DNA of 64,000 bases from a bacterium (GTDB taxonomy: Bacteria; SAR324; XYD2-FULL-50-16; G965216635), in assembly GCA_965216635.1 (NCBI GenBank), contig OZ244188.1:1696001-1760000 (forward strand), in the 5' to 3' direction. Under the pieces are notes generated by a model, which saw only the letters and a list, made by a program, of their open reading frames with translations, made no database searches and was not told the origin of the DNA. A program made the position numbers and the translations under genes. This document shows, in pieces, positions 29,902 to 39,400 of the stretch; positions within the stretch are counted from its first letter, which is position 1; every line of letters starts with the position of its first letter.

Positions 29902-29970
29902 TATCTTAATAAGGGTTTGTTTTGAACCTAATTTAGCCTTTGTGGCTTCTTAATTTAATTAAAATTTATA

Positions 29971-31125
29971 ATGAAAAAATCAAATATGAGATTGAAGGTG
30001 GTTGTTTTGCCTCTTATAATATTTATAGCGGCATTTTTCTTTTTTATGCAGGGAGTAGACAGTCTGCGGGCACAGGAAGCTCCAGAGATAGCATCCCAAA
30101 AGGGTTGGTTTGTAGGAGTTAATCCTCTGATTTTTGGGGCGAACAAGATAGAAACCAAAACAACTGTAGTACGCGCAGCAGGAGAACTTGTAGTGAGTGA
30201 TTTGACTGCCGATATTCGTACTAGTTATGGCTTGACCGTTCAGGTACAGCAAATAGCAGTAGATATTTGTGAGGGTAATTTTACAGGTTATGATTTAAAC
30301 AGGTTAGAAATATTATATCTAGCGGAAGATAGAAGCGACGCAACAGACTTCACCTATAATATAACGAATACGGTTCAATATGCTCGTTTTCGCCTCGACG
30401 GAGTAGATTATACATCTCTCACAGGAAATCCAAATGATATTCCTAATCCGTCAACAACCGCAAGCCCCATTGATGACTATGCGTGTAAGCAAGCCTTTGA
30501 TGGATTGCTTTTAGAAGATCAAGCTTCTACTGCTGGCTCTTCAGAAACCAGCAAGGGAAAAGCTCTAGCGGGCAACGGCTTTCAAGTGGGCTACAGAGAC
30601 GGCGACTATAGATATTCTTTCAGCAACTTCTCTTGGGCAGCTGGAGCAGACAAACTAGATTCCCAAGTGCTTTTGCTAGAGTATTTTATAGCTAAGGGTT
30701 TTTCGGCGGGAATAGGAGTGGCGAATGTTAAGCTAGATTCTAGTGCTGGACTTAAATCACAAAGAGCGAATGTTTATAGCTTGAGCTACCATTACCCTAT
30801 CTGGAAAAATCTTTTTGTAGAAGCGAGCTATATGCTTATTTCAGCCGATATTTCCGTGCAAAAAGAAGAAATCATAACATACGATCCAATCACCCAAACA
30901 GATAAAAGGGAGATAGGATTTTTTGGAGCCCCCGATGTAAGTCCTTACACTTCTGTTAGAACTACCGCTTCATATTATGAAACTGGATCGGGTGTATTAA
31001 CCGATCTTAGAACCACCGTCAAACGAACCCAAACCCGAGCAGCTGGCTCAATAAGAACCATAAAATCAGTGGAAATAAAAAACCCAGCTGCCTTTAGAAT
31101 AAATTTCATCTGGCGCTTTCGTTAA
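29971..31125 (+). CDS. Variable outer-membrane beta-barrel protein, subfamily A copy 1
   Basis: Signal peptide (…SLRA|QE), amphipathic strands GWFVGV, GFQVGY, FSAGIGV, YSLSYHY, LFVEASY, C-terminal FRINFIWRF. Confidence 0.8.
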   Translation: MKKSNMRLKVVVLPLIIFIAAFFFFMQGVDSLRAQEAPEIASQKGWFVGVNPLIFGANKIETKTTVVRAAGELVVSDLTADIRTSYGLTVQVQQIAVDICEGNFTGYDLNRLEILYLAEDRSDATDFTYNITNTVQYARFRLDGVDYTSLTGNPNDIPNPSTTASPIDDYACKQAFDGLLLEDQASTAGSSETSKGKALAGNGFQVGYRDGDYRYSFSNFSWAAGADKLDSQVLLLEYFIAKGFSAGIGVANVKLDSSAGLKSQRANVYSLSYHYPIWKNLFVEASYMLISADISVQKEEIITYDPITQTDKREIGFFGAPDVSPYTSVRTTASYYETGSGVLTDLRTTVKRTQTRAAGSIRTIKSVEIKNPAAFRINFIWRFR

Positions 31126-31194
31126 GGGCGGTTTCGTTAAAGGAGCTTTGTCAAGGAAGCTTCTTTTAAGAACGTAAAACTCGCAGAATTGCAA

Positions 31195-31275
31195 AGGATG
31201 TTTTTTAAAAATCTGCAGGGGATGTTTTTTAAAAATCTGCAGGGGATTTTTTTAAAAATCTGCAGGGGATGTTTT
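31195..31275. repeat. Three tandem 21-22 bp units TTTTTAAAAATCTGCAGGGGA
   Basis: Direct inspection; single units at ~32745 and ~34310. Confidence 0.85.
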
Positions 31276-31328
31276 TTTTTCCAAAATGGTTGCTTAGTCA
31301 ACCATTTGGAGCAAAAAATAACGTCCCC
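31265..31328. repeat. REP-like/terminator hairpin element after OMP genes
   Basis: GGGGATGTTTTTTTTTCCAAAATGGTTG-cttagt-CAACCATTTGGAGCAAAAAATAACGTCCCC; copies at ~32760, 34324, 35780 and a shortened one at 59446. Confidence 0.75.
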
Positions 31329-31502
31329 GCCAGCATACAAAGAAAAAATAGCTAGCCAAATGGGAAAAAAGGTGCAAAGAAAAATAGCTAGACAGCAAAA
31401 AAAAAAAGATTTATTTATTTTGTTTTTTGCTATAGTTATCTTAATAAGGGTTTGTTTTGAACCTAATTAGCCTTTGGCTTCTTAATTTAATTAAAATTCA
31501 TA

Positions 31503-32666
31503 ATGAAAAAACTAAATATGGGATTGAAGGTGGTTGTTTTGCCTCTTATAATATTTATAGCGGCATTTTTCTTTTTTATGCAGGGAGTAGGCAGTCTGCG
31601 GGCACAGGAAGCTCCAGAGATAGCATCCCAAAAGGGTTGGTTTGTAGGGGTTAATCCTCTGATTTTTGGGGCGAACAAGATAGAAACCAAAACAACTGTA
31701 GTACGCGCAGCAGGAGAACTTGTAGTGAGTGATTTGACTGCCGATATTCGTAAAAATTATAGACTTGACGTTCAGGTACAGCAAATAGCAGTAGATATTT
31801 GTGCGGGTAATTTTACAAGTTATGATTTAAACAGGTTAGAAATATTACATCTGGCGGAGAACAGAAAAGACGCAACAGACTTCACCTATAAGGCAGGGAG
31901 TGTAATTCAATATGCTCGTTTTCACCTCAACGGAGTAGATTATACATCTCTCACAGGAGATCCAAGTGATATTGCTAATTCAAGAATAACCGCAAGCCCC
32001 ATTGATGACTATGCGTGTAAGCAAGCCTTTGATGGATTGCTTTTAGAAGATCAAGCTTCTACTGCTGGCTCTTCAGAAACCAGCACAGGAAAAGCCCTAG
32101 CGGGCAACGGCTTGCAAGTGGGCTACAGAGGCGGTGACTATAGATATTCTTTCAGCAACTTCTCTTGGGCAGCTGGAGCAGATAAGCTAGATTCCCAAGT
32201 GCTTTTGCTAGAGTATTTTATAACTAAGGGTTTTTCGGCGGGAATAGGAGTGGCGAATGTTAAGCTAGATTCTAGTGCTGGACTTAAATCACAAAGAGCG
32301 AATGTTTATAGCTTGAGCTACCAGTACCCTATCTGGAAAAATCTTTTTGTAGAAGCGAGCTATATGCTTATCTCAGCCGATATTTCCGTACAAAAAGAAG
32401 CACAAATAGAAATAGAAGCAGAAGCAGTCAACCAAACAGATACCAGAGAGCTAGGGTTTTATGGGGCATCCAATCTCAGCCCTCACAATTCTGGTCTTGT
32501 AATTACCGGTTCATATTATGAAAGCTCTAGAGGTGTTCTAACCGATTATAGAACCACCGTCACCCGAACCCAAACCCAAACAGCTGGCTCAATAAAAACC
32601 ACAAAATCAGTGGAAATAAAAAACCCAGCTGCCTTTAGAATAAATTTCGTCTGGCGCTTTCGTTAA
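31503..32666 (+). CDS. Variable outer-membrane beta-barrel protein, subfamily A copy 2
   Basis: Paralogue of 29971..31125 with near-identical framework. Confidence 0.8.
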   Translation: MKKLNMGLKVVVLPLIIFIAAFFFFMQGVGSLRAQEAPEIASQKGWFVGVNPLIFGANKIETKTTVVRAAGELVVSDLTADIRKNYRLDVQVQQIAVDICAGNFTSYDLNRLEILHLAENRKDATDFTYKAGSVIQYARFHLNGVDYTSLTGDPSDIANSRITASPIDDYACKQAFDGLLLEDQASTAGSSETSTGKALAGNGLQVGYRGGDYRYSFSNFSWAAGADKLDSQVLLLEYFITKGFSAGIGVANVKLDSSAGLKSQRANVYSLSYQYPIWKNLFVEASYMLISADISVQKEAQIEIEAEAVNQTDTRELGFYGASNLSPHNSGLVITGSYYESSRGVLTDYRTTVTRTQTQTAGSIKTTKSVEIKNPAAFRINFVWRFR

Positions 32667-33002
32667 GGGCTGTTTCGTTAAAGGAGCTTTCGTCAAGGAA
32701 GCTTCTTTTAAGAACGTAAACCTCGCAGAATTGCAAAGGATGTTTTTTAAAAATCTGCAGGGGGTGTTTTTTTTTTCAAAATGGTTGCTTAGTCAACCAT
32801 TTGGAGCAAAAAATAACGTCCCCGCCAGCATGCAAAGAAAAAATAGCCAGCATGCAAAGAAAAAATAGCTAGCTAGCAAAGAAAAAATAGCTAGACAGCA
32901 AAAAAAAAAGATTTATTTATTTTGTTTTTTGCTATAGTTATCTTAATAAGGGTTTGTTTTGAACCTTTTTTAGCCGCAAGGCATAATTTTAACTAAAATT
33001 TA

Positions 33003-33142
33003 TAGACTTTTGAATTTGCATTCTGTTTAGCCTATGCAGCGTTGAAATTTTTTTTTAACTCTTGAAATACTTCAGTATTCCAGCGAGCTAAAAAAAATTT
33101 TCGCCTAGCCTAGCCGTCACATAACGCAAATTCAAAGGTCTA
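33003..33142. mobile_element. Complete 140-bp MITE-like palindromic element
   Basis: 17-bp terminal inverted repeats TAGACTTTTGAATTTGC / GCAAATTCAAAGGTCTA (1 mismatch); internal hairpin; absent at the homologous position upstream of the other paralogues. Confidence 0.85.
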
Positions 33143-33149
33143 ATTCATA

Positions 33150-34304
33150 ATGAAAAAATTAAATACGAGATTGAAGGTGGTTGTTTTGCCTCTTATAATA
33201 TTTATAGCGGCATTTTTCTTTTTTATGCAGGGAGTAGACAGTCTGAGGGCACAGGAAGCTCCAGAGATAGCATCCCAAAAGGGTTGGTTTGTAGGAGTTA
33301 ATCCTCTGATTTTTGGAGCGAACAAGATAGAAACCAAAACAACTGTAGTAGACACAGTTGGAGAACTTGTGGTGGGTGATTTGACTGCCGATATTCGTAC
33401 TCCTTTTAGAGGTACTGTTCAGGTACAGCAAATAGCAGTAGATATTTGCGAGGGTGATTTTGCAGGTTATGATTTAGACAGGTTAGAAATAGTATATCTG
33501 GCGGAGGATAGAAGCGACGCAACAGACTTATACTATGAGGAAGGGGGTATAGTTAAATATATTCGTTTTCGCCTCAACGGAGAAGAACTTGAATCTCTCA
33601 CAGAAAATCCAAATGATATTGCTAGTTCAAGTGTAACCGCAAGCCCCATTGATGACTATGCCTGTAAGCAAGCCTTTGATGGATTGCTTTTAGAAGATAA
33701 ATCTTCTACTGGTGGCTCTTCAGAAACCAGCACAGGAAAAGCTCTAGCGGGCAACGGCTTGCAAGTGGGCTACAGAGACGGCGACTATAGATATTCTTTC
33801 AGCAACTTCTCTTGGGCAGCTGGAGCAGATAAGCTAGATTCCCAAGTGCTTTTGCTAGAGTATTTTATAGCTAAGGGTTTTTCGGCGGGAATAGGAGTGG
33901 CGAATGTTAAGCTGGATTCTAGTGCTGGACTCCATTCACAAAGAGCGAATGTTTTTAGCTTGAGCTACCAAGTGCCTATCTGGAAAAACCTTTTTGTAGA
34001 AGCGAGCTATATGCTTATCTCAGCCAATATTTCCGTGCAAAAAGAAGAGCTAAAAGTATTTGAAGAAGTCAATCAAACAGATACCAGAGAGCTAGGGTTT
34101 TATGGGGGCAACAATTTACGTCCTAACACTCCGCTTCTATCTTCCGCTTCATATTATGAAACTGCATCGGGTGTATTAACCGATCTTAGAACCACCGTCA
34201 AACGAACCCAAACCCAAACAGCTGGCTCAAAAACAACCACAAAATCAGTGGAAATAAAAAACCCAGCAGCCTTTAGAATAAATTTCGTCTGGCGCTTTCG
34301 TTAA
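33150..34304 (+). CDS. Variable outer-membrane beta-barrel protein, subfamily A copy 3
   Basis: Paralogue of 29971..31125. Confidence 0.8.
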   Translation: MKKLNTRLKVVVLPLIIFIAAFFFFMQGVDSLRAQEAPEIASQKGWFVGVNPLIFGANKIETKTTVVDTVGELVVGDLTADIRTPFRGTVQVQQIAVDICEGDFAGYDLDRLEIVYLAEDRSDATDLYYEEGGIVKYIRFRLNGEELESLTENPNDIASSSVTASPIDDYACKQAFDGLLLEDKSSTGGSSETSTGKALAGNGLQVGYRDGDYRYSFSNFSWAAGADKLDSQVLLLEYFIAKGFSAGIGVANVKLDSSAGLHSQRANVFSLSYQVPIWKNLFVEASYMLISANISVQKEELKVFEEVNQTDTRELGFYGGNNLRPNTPLLSSASYYETASGVLTDLRTTVKRTQTQTAGSKTTTKSVEIKNPAAFRINFVWRFR

Positions 34305-34563
34305 GGGCTTTTAAAAATCTGCAGGGGATGTTTTTTTTTCCAAAATGGTTGCTTAGTCAACCATTTGGAGCAAAAAATAACGTCCCCGCCAGCATACAAA
34401 GAAAAAATAGCTAGCCAAATGGGAAAAAAGGTGCAAAGAAAAATAGTCAGAAAGCAAAAAAAAAGATTGATTTATTTTCTTTTTTGCTATAGTTATCTTA
34501 ATAAGGGTTTGTTTTGAACCTAATTTAGCCTTTGTGGCTTCTAAATTTTAACTAAAATTTATA

Positions 34564-35709
34564 ATGAAAAAATTAAATATGAGATTGAGCGTACCTAGAT
34601 TGAAGGTGGTAGTTTTGCCTCTTATAATATTTATAGCGGCATTTTTCTTTTTTATGCAGGGAGTAGGCAGTCTGCGGGCACAGGAAGCTCCAGAGATAGC
34701 ATCCCAAAAGGGTTGGTTTGTAGGAGTCAATCCTCTGATTTTTGGGGCGAACAAGATAGAAACCAAAACAACTGTAGTAAGTACAGGAGGAGGGAAAGTT
34801 ACGGTGAGTGATTTGACTGCCGATTTGTTTACGCCTCGTCAAAGCGATACACTCACAGACCAAATAGAAGAGATAGCAGTAAATATTTGTAAAGGCACTG
34901 AGACCCGTCTTGAAATATTCTACCTAGCAGCAGACCACAGCGACGCAACAGATTTTACCAACAGTGCTGGCGGTGTATTTGAAGCTTTTCGTTTTCGCTT
35001 ACACGGAGCAGAAATTCCATACACAAGATCTTTAAATGAGTCTATTATTAGTCCTATTGCAGACGACGAATGCAAGAAAGCCTTTGATGGATTGCTTTTA
35101 GAAGATCAAGCTTCTACTGCTGGCTCTTCAGAAACCAGCACAGGAAAAGCTCTAGCGGGCAACGGCTTGCAAGTGGGCTACAGAGACGGTGACTATAGAT
35201 ATTCTTTCAGCAACTTCTCTTGGGCAGCTGGAGCAGACAAGCTAGATTCCCAAGTGCTTTTGCTAGAGTATTTTATAGCTAAGGGTTTCTCTGCTGGAAT
35301 AGGAGTGGCGAATGTTAAGCTAGATTCTAGTGCTGGACTCCATTCACAAAGAGCGAATGTTTTTAGCTTGAGCTATAGCTACCGTATTTTGAAAAATCTT
35401 TTTGTAGAAGCGAGCTATATGCTTATACAAGCCGATATTTCTCTACAAAAAGAAGAAGTAAAAGATATTGTAGCAGTCAACCAAACAGATACCAGAGTAT
35501 TGGGATTTTTCTCTATTGATTCCGATTTAACTATTGCTTCTAATGTAATTGGTTTGAATTATGACAATCGGGATGGTGCTTCATATAATACCAGATCCAC
35601 TGTTACCCGAACCCAAACCCGAGCAGCTGGCTCAATAAGAACCATAAAATCAGTGGAAATAAAAAACCCAGCAGCCTTTAGAATAAATTTCATCTGGCGC
35701 TTTCGTTAA
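34564..35709 (+). CDS. Variable outer-membrane beta-barrel protein, subfamily A copy 4
   Basis: Paralogue; its inserted domain is of the type found in 55440..56606. Confidence 0.8.
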   Translation: MKKLNMRLSVPRLKVVVLPLIIFIAAFFFFMQGVGSLRAQEAPEIASQKGWFVGVNPLIFGANKIETKTTVVSTGGGKVTVSDLTADLFTPRQSDTLTDQIEEIAVNICKGTETRLEIFYLAADHSDATDFTNSAGGVFEAFRFRLHGAEIPYTRSLNESIISPIADDECKKAFDGLLLEDQASTAGSSETSTGKALAGNGLQVGYRDGDYRYSFSNFSWAAGADKLDSQVLLLEYFIAKGFSAGIGVANVKLDSSAGLHSQRANVFSLSYSYRILKNLFVEASYMLIQADISLQKEEVKDIVAVNQTDTRVLGFFSIDSDLTIASNVIGLNYDNRDGASYNTRSTVTRTQTRAAGSIRTIKSVEIKNPAAFRINFIWRFR

Positions 35710-35916
35710 GGGCGGTTTCGTTAAAGGAGCTTTGTCAAGGAAGCTTCTTTTAAGAACGTAAAACTCGCAGAATTGCAAAGGATGTTTTTTTTTTCCAAAA
35801 TGGTTGCTTAGTCAACCATTTGGAGCAAAAAATAACGTCCCCGCCAAAACCAGCTTGTTATTTTGGCTTGTTGTTTTGGCTAAACTTTGGCAAGCACCTT
35901 CAAAAATCTAGAAAAT

Positions 35917-36357
35917 ATGAAATATTTACACAGTATGCTCCGAGTCAAGGATTTAGAAAAATCTTTGGATTTTTACTGCAATAAACTAGGATTTGTAGAA
36001 ACAAGACGTTATGACAATGAAAAAGGAAAATTTACACTTGTTTTTTTAGCCGCACCAGGTGACCTAGAACTAGCCAAAAAAAAACTAACTCCTGTTTTAG
36101 AACTAACTTATAATTGGGAGACAGAAGCATATAGCGGAGGGAGAAATTTTGGACATTTGGCTTATTCTGTGACGAATATTTATGATAGCTGTCAAAATTT
36201 TATGGACCTAGGAATAACTATACTTCGTCCACCCCGTGATGGGCGTATGGCTTTTATCTGCTCCCCTGATGGCATTTCTATAGAGCTATTACAACAGGGA
36301 GACGCTTTAGCTCCCCAAGAACCTTGGACTTCTATGAAAAATACAGGAGAGTGGTAG
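35917..36357 (+). CDS. gloA: Lactoylglutathione lyase (glyoxalase I, VOC family)
   Basis: [32 protein letters not shown]. Start set at ATG 35917 because the upstream TTG lies in a repeat end. Confidence 0.92.
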   Translation: MKYLHSMLRVKDLEKSLDFYCNKLGFVETRRYDNEKGKFTLVFLAAPGDLELAKKKLTPVLELTYNWETEAYSGGRNFGHLAYSVTNIYDSCQNFMDLGITILRPPRDGRMAFICSPDGISIELLQQGDALAPQEPWTSMKNTGEW

Positions 36358-36490
36358 GAATTTTGGCTAGTTTTCTTTCTGCGTCTTGTTAGGGTTTGGA
36401 GTACGGGGACACAAGTTTTACTTTTGGCTCAAAAAGCCAAATAGCCCAATAAGCAAAAATGCTCCTGCATGTGTAAAGAAAAAATAGACT

Positions 36491-39400
36491 TCAAGCGACG
36501 GTATAGACTTCAAGCGGGCGGATGGCTATAGGAGATTTTTTATTTTGTTCGGGACGCTCCTGTTTTTCTTCTTGTTTTTTGGGGACTATCCAGCAGAATT
36601 TTTTTAAGACAGTGTCTTTGTCTGCTAAAATTTCTTTGGCTACTACACTTTCGGTCTCAAGATAGTGTTCTTCTATTAACTCCCAAAATTTATTCAGATG
36701 AGTTGCTTTTTCGCCATGTTTTTTTGTCTTGCCTAGATTCAAAACTTCCACTACAGAAAGATTGCAATTTTTTCTTAAAGTAGCTTCTGTTTGATAGACA
36801 TAAGCGTAACCTCCGCTCATTCCAGCAGCAAAGTTTCTACCTACTTTGCCTAGCACAATTACCACACCTCCAGTCATATATTCGCAACCGTGCTCGCCCA
36901 CTCCTTCTACAACTGTGTAGGCACCGCTATTACGCACAGCAAATCTTTCTCCCGCTGCTCCGTTCAAAAAAACTTTCCCAGAGGTAGCTCCATAAAGTAC
37001 AGTGTTGCCAACAATAGTATTTTCTTGAGCGATATAAGTCGGATTAACTTTACGCATAGCCGCTGTAGAAAGCACAATTTTTCCACCGCAAAGACCTTTA
37101 CCTAGATAATCGTTAGCGTCTCCTTGTATCCGCAAGCTAATGCCTTTGGGTAAAAAGGCACCTAGGCTTTGCCCTGCTGTTCCGCAAAAGTCGGCGCATA
37201 TAGTATCATCGGGGAGACCTTTTTGCGCATATCTTTTGGTAAGCTCATAGCCTAGCATAGTGCCTACGGTGCGTTGTGTATTTTTGATGCACATCCCAAA
37301 ACGAACTTTTTTGCCTTCTTCTAGCGCAGGCTGTGCGAGTTGAATCAGTTTGTTATCTAAAATATTAGAAGTGAGATTGTCTTGCTCTCTTGTTTTTCTA
37401 TAGCTTGTTTTTTCAAAAAATTGGCTACCGTAGGTATTGTTCCGTTTGACTTTATAAAGCAAAGGAGAAAAATCTAAACATCTTGATTTTAGATTGTGTT
37501 TGTGTTTGGCTATTTTTAAAAATTCTGTTTGCCCTATTAAATCATCAAATTTCTTTACGCCTAGTTGTGCCATAATTTCGCGGACTTCTTTCGCTAGATG
37601 CAAAAAGAAGTTTATAACATATTCTGGTTTTCCTTTAAATTTTTTTCTAAGCATAGGATCCTGTGTGGCAATGCCTACAGGACAGGTATTTAAGTGGCAT
37701 TTCCTCATTAAAATACAACCTTGTGTAACCAATGCAGAAGTAGAAAAACCAAATTCTTCTGCTCCTAAAAGAGCGCCAATCACTACTCCTTTACCCGTTG
37801 TAATTTGTCCATCTACTTGGAGACGAACTCTATCTCTTATTCCGTTCATCATTAAAACTTGCTGGGTTTCTGCAATACCTATTTCCCAAGGAATGCCAGC
37901 GTGTTTGATAGAAGAGGCTGGAGATGCGCCTGTGCCTCCATCATAACCTGCAATAACTACTCTATCGGCTTTGCCCTTTGCAACTCCATAAGCCACAGTT
38001 CCCACACCTTCAGAAGCAACAAGTTTCACACTAACTTCTGCTTTGGGGCTGGCGTTTTTTAGATCATAAATCAGCTGTGCTAAATCTTCTATAGAATAGA
38101 TGTCGTGATGGGGAGGCGGAGAAATGAGAGGCACTCCTTCTATAGTGTGTCTCAATTCTGCAATGTAGGCGTCTACCTTAAAACCTTTAAGTTGTCCTCC
38201 TTCGCCGGGTTTTGCTCCCTGTGCGATTTTAATCTGTAGCTCTTTAGCTTTTGAGAGATAATAACTAGTAACTCCAAACCGCCCTGATGCTACCTGTTTA
38301 ATGCTGCTATTTCTAGAATTTCCGTCTTTATCTAAAACATACCTAGCCGCAGACTCTCCTCCTTCTCCTGTATTGCTTCTGGCTCCTAATCGGTTCATAG
38401 CAATTGCTAAATCTTCGTGAGCTTCTTTAGAAATAGCACCGATAGACATTGCGCCTGTACAAAATCTTTTAACAATTTCGCTTTCTGATTCTACCTCATT
38501 GAAGGCTATGGGTTTTTTATGAGAAGTAAAATCTAGCAGATTTCTGATTTTATAAAGTTCTAATTCGTTCATCTGCTTTGTAAATTCTTTAAAAATAGAA
38601 TAGTCGTTTTTCCAAGCAGCCTGCTGCAACAGATGAATGGTTTGCGGGTTATAAGCGTGTCTTTCTCCTTGCACTCGCCAGTTGTATTCTCCACCAGTGA
38701 ACAGACTATTTGTATCTGCAGGAAATTCCCAAGCCTCCCCTTCCCAAGCAGCGTGATGCTGTAATAAAGATTCCTTTTCCAAAAGTTTTAAATCCATTCC
38801 ATCTAAAGGGCTATGAGTACCACAAAAATATTTTTGTAGTAGTTTTTTGTTTAAACCAACCGCTTCAAAAATTTGTGCTCCTTGATAACTATTGAGCGTA
38901 GAAATGCCCATTTTAGACATAATTTTTTTGATTCCTTTTTCTGCTGCTTTAATGTAATTTTGTTGAGCGCTTTCAGCAGGCGCAGTTTTTATTTGTCCAG
39001 TCTGCCTCATTTTTTCTATAGTTGCATAAGCCAAATAAGGATAAACCGCACAAGCCCCATAACCCAACAAAAGAGCAAAATGGTGGGTTTCTCTTGCTTC
39101 TCCTGTTTGCACTACAATTCCTAATTTTCCTCTCTGTCTTTGCTTGATGAGATGGTGATGAACGGCAGCTGTTGCTAAAAGGGAGGGAATGGGAATACGG
39201 GTTTTTTGAATATTGGCATCACTGAGAACTAAAATCAAAATTCCTTTTTTGGCTTCGGTTGCAGCTTGGTTGCAAAGTTGATCTAAGGCTTGTTGCAAAC
39301 TCTTTTCTTTAGGATAGGTAATATCCAAACTTCTAAGTGGGAAATTTTTTTGGTACGCTAAAGCAGAAAATTCGGATGAATTTAAAATGGGGCTTTCTAA

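Noticed and set aside
29940..30252. Recurrent overlapping ORFs at OMP 5' ends (also 31457-31784, 33140-33431, 34548-34863, 55397-55766, 58137-58458)
   Set aside because: They recur only because the underlying OMP DNA is duplicated; starts and lengths vary and there is no independent coding signal.
29971..35709. Diversity-generating retroelement acting on the OMP genes
   Set aside because: No reverse transcriptase or non-coding template repeat in the window; differences involve all four bases and indels, not adenine-only changes.
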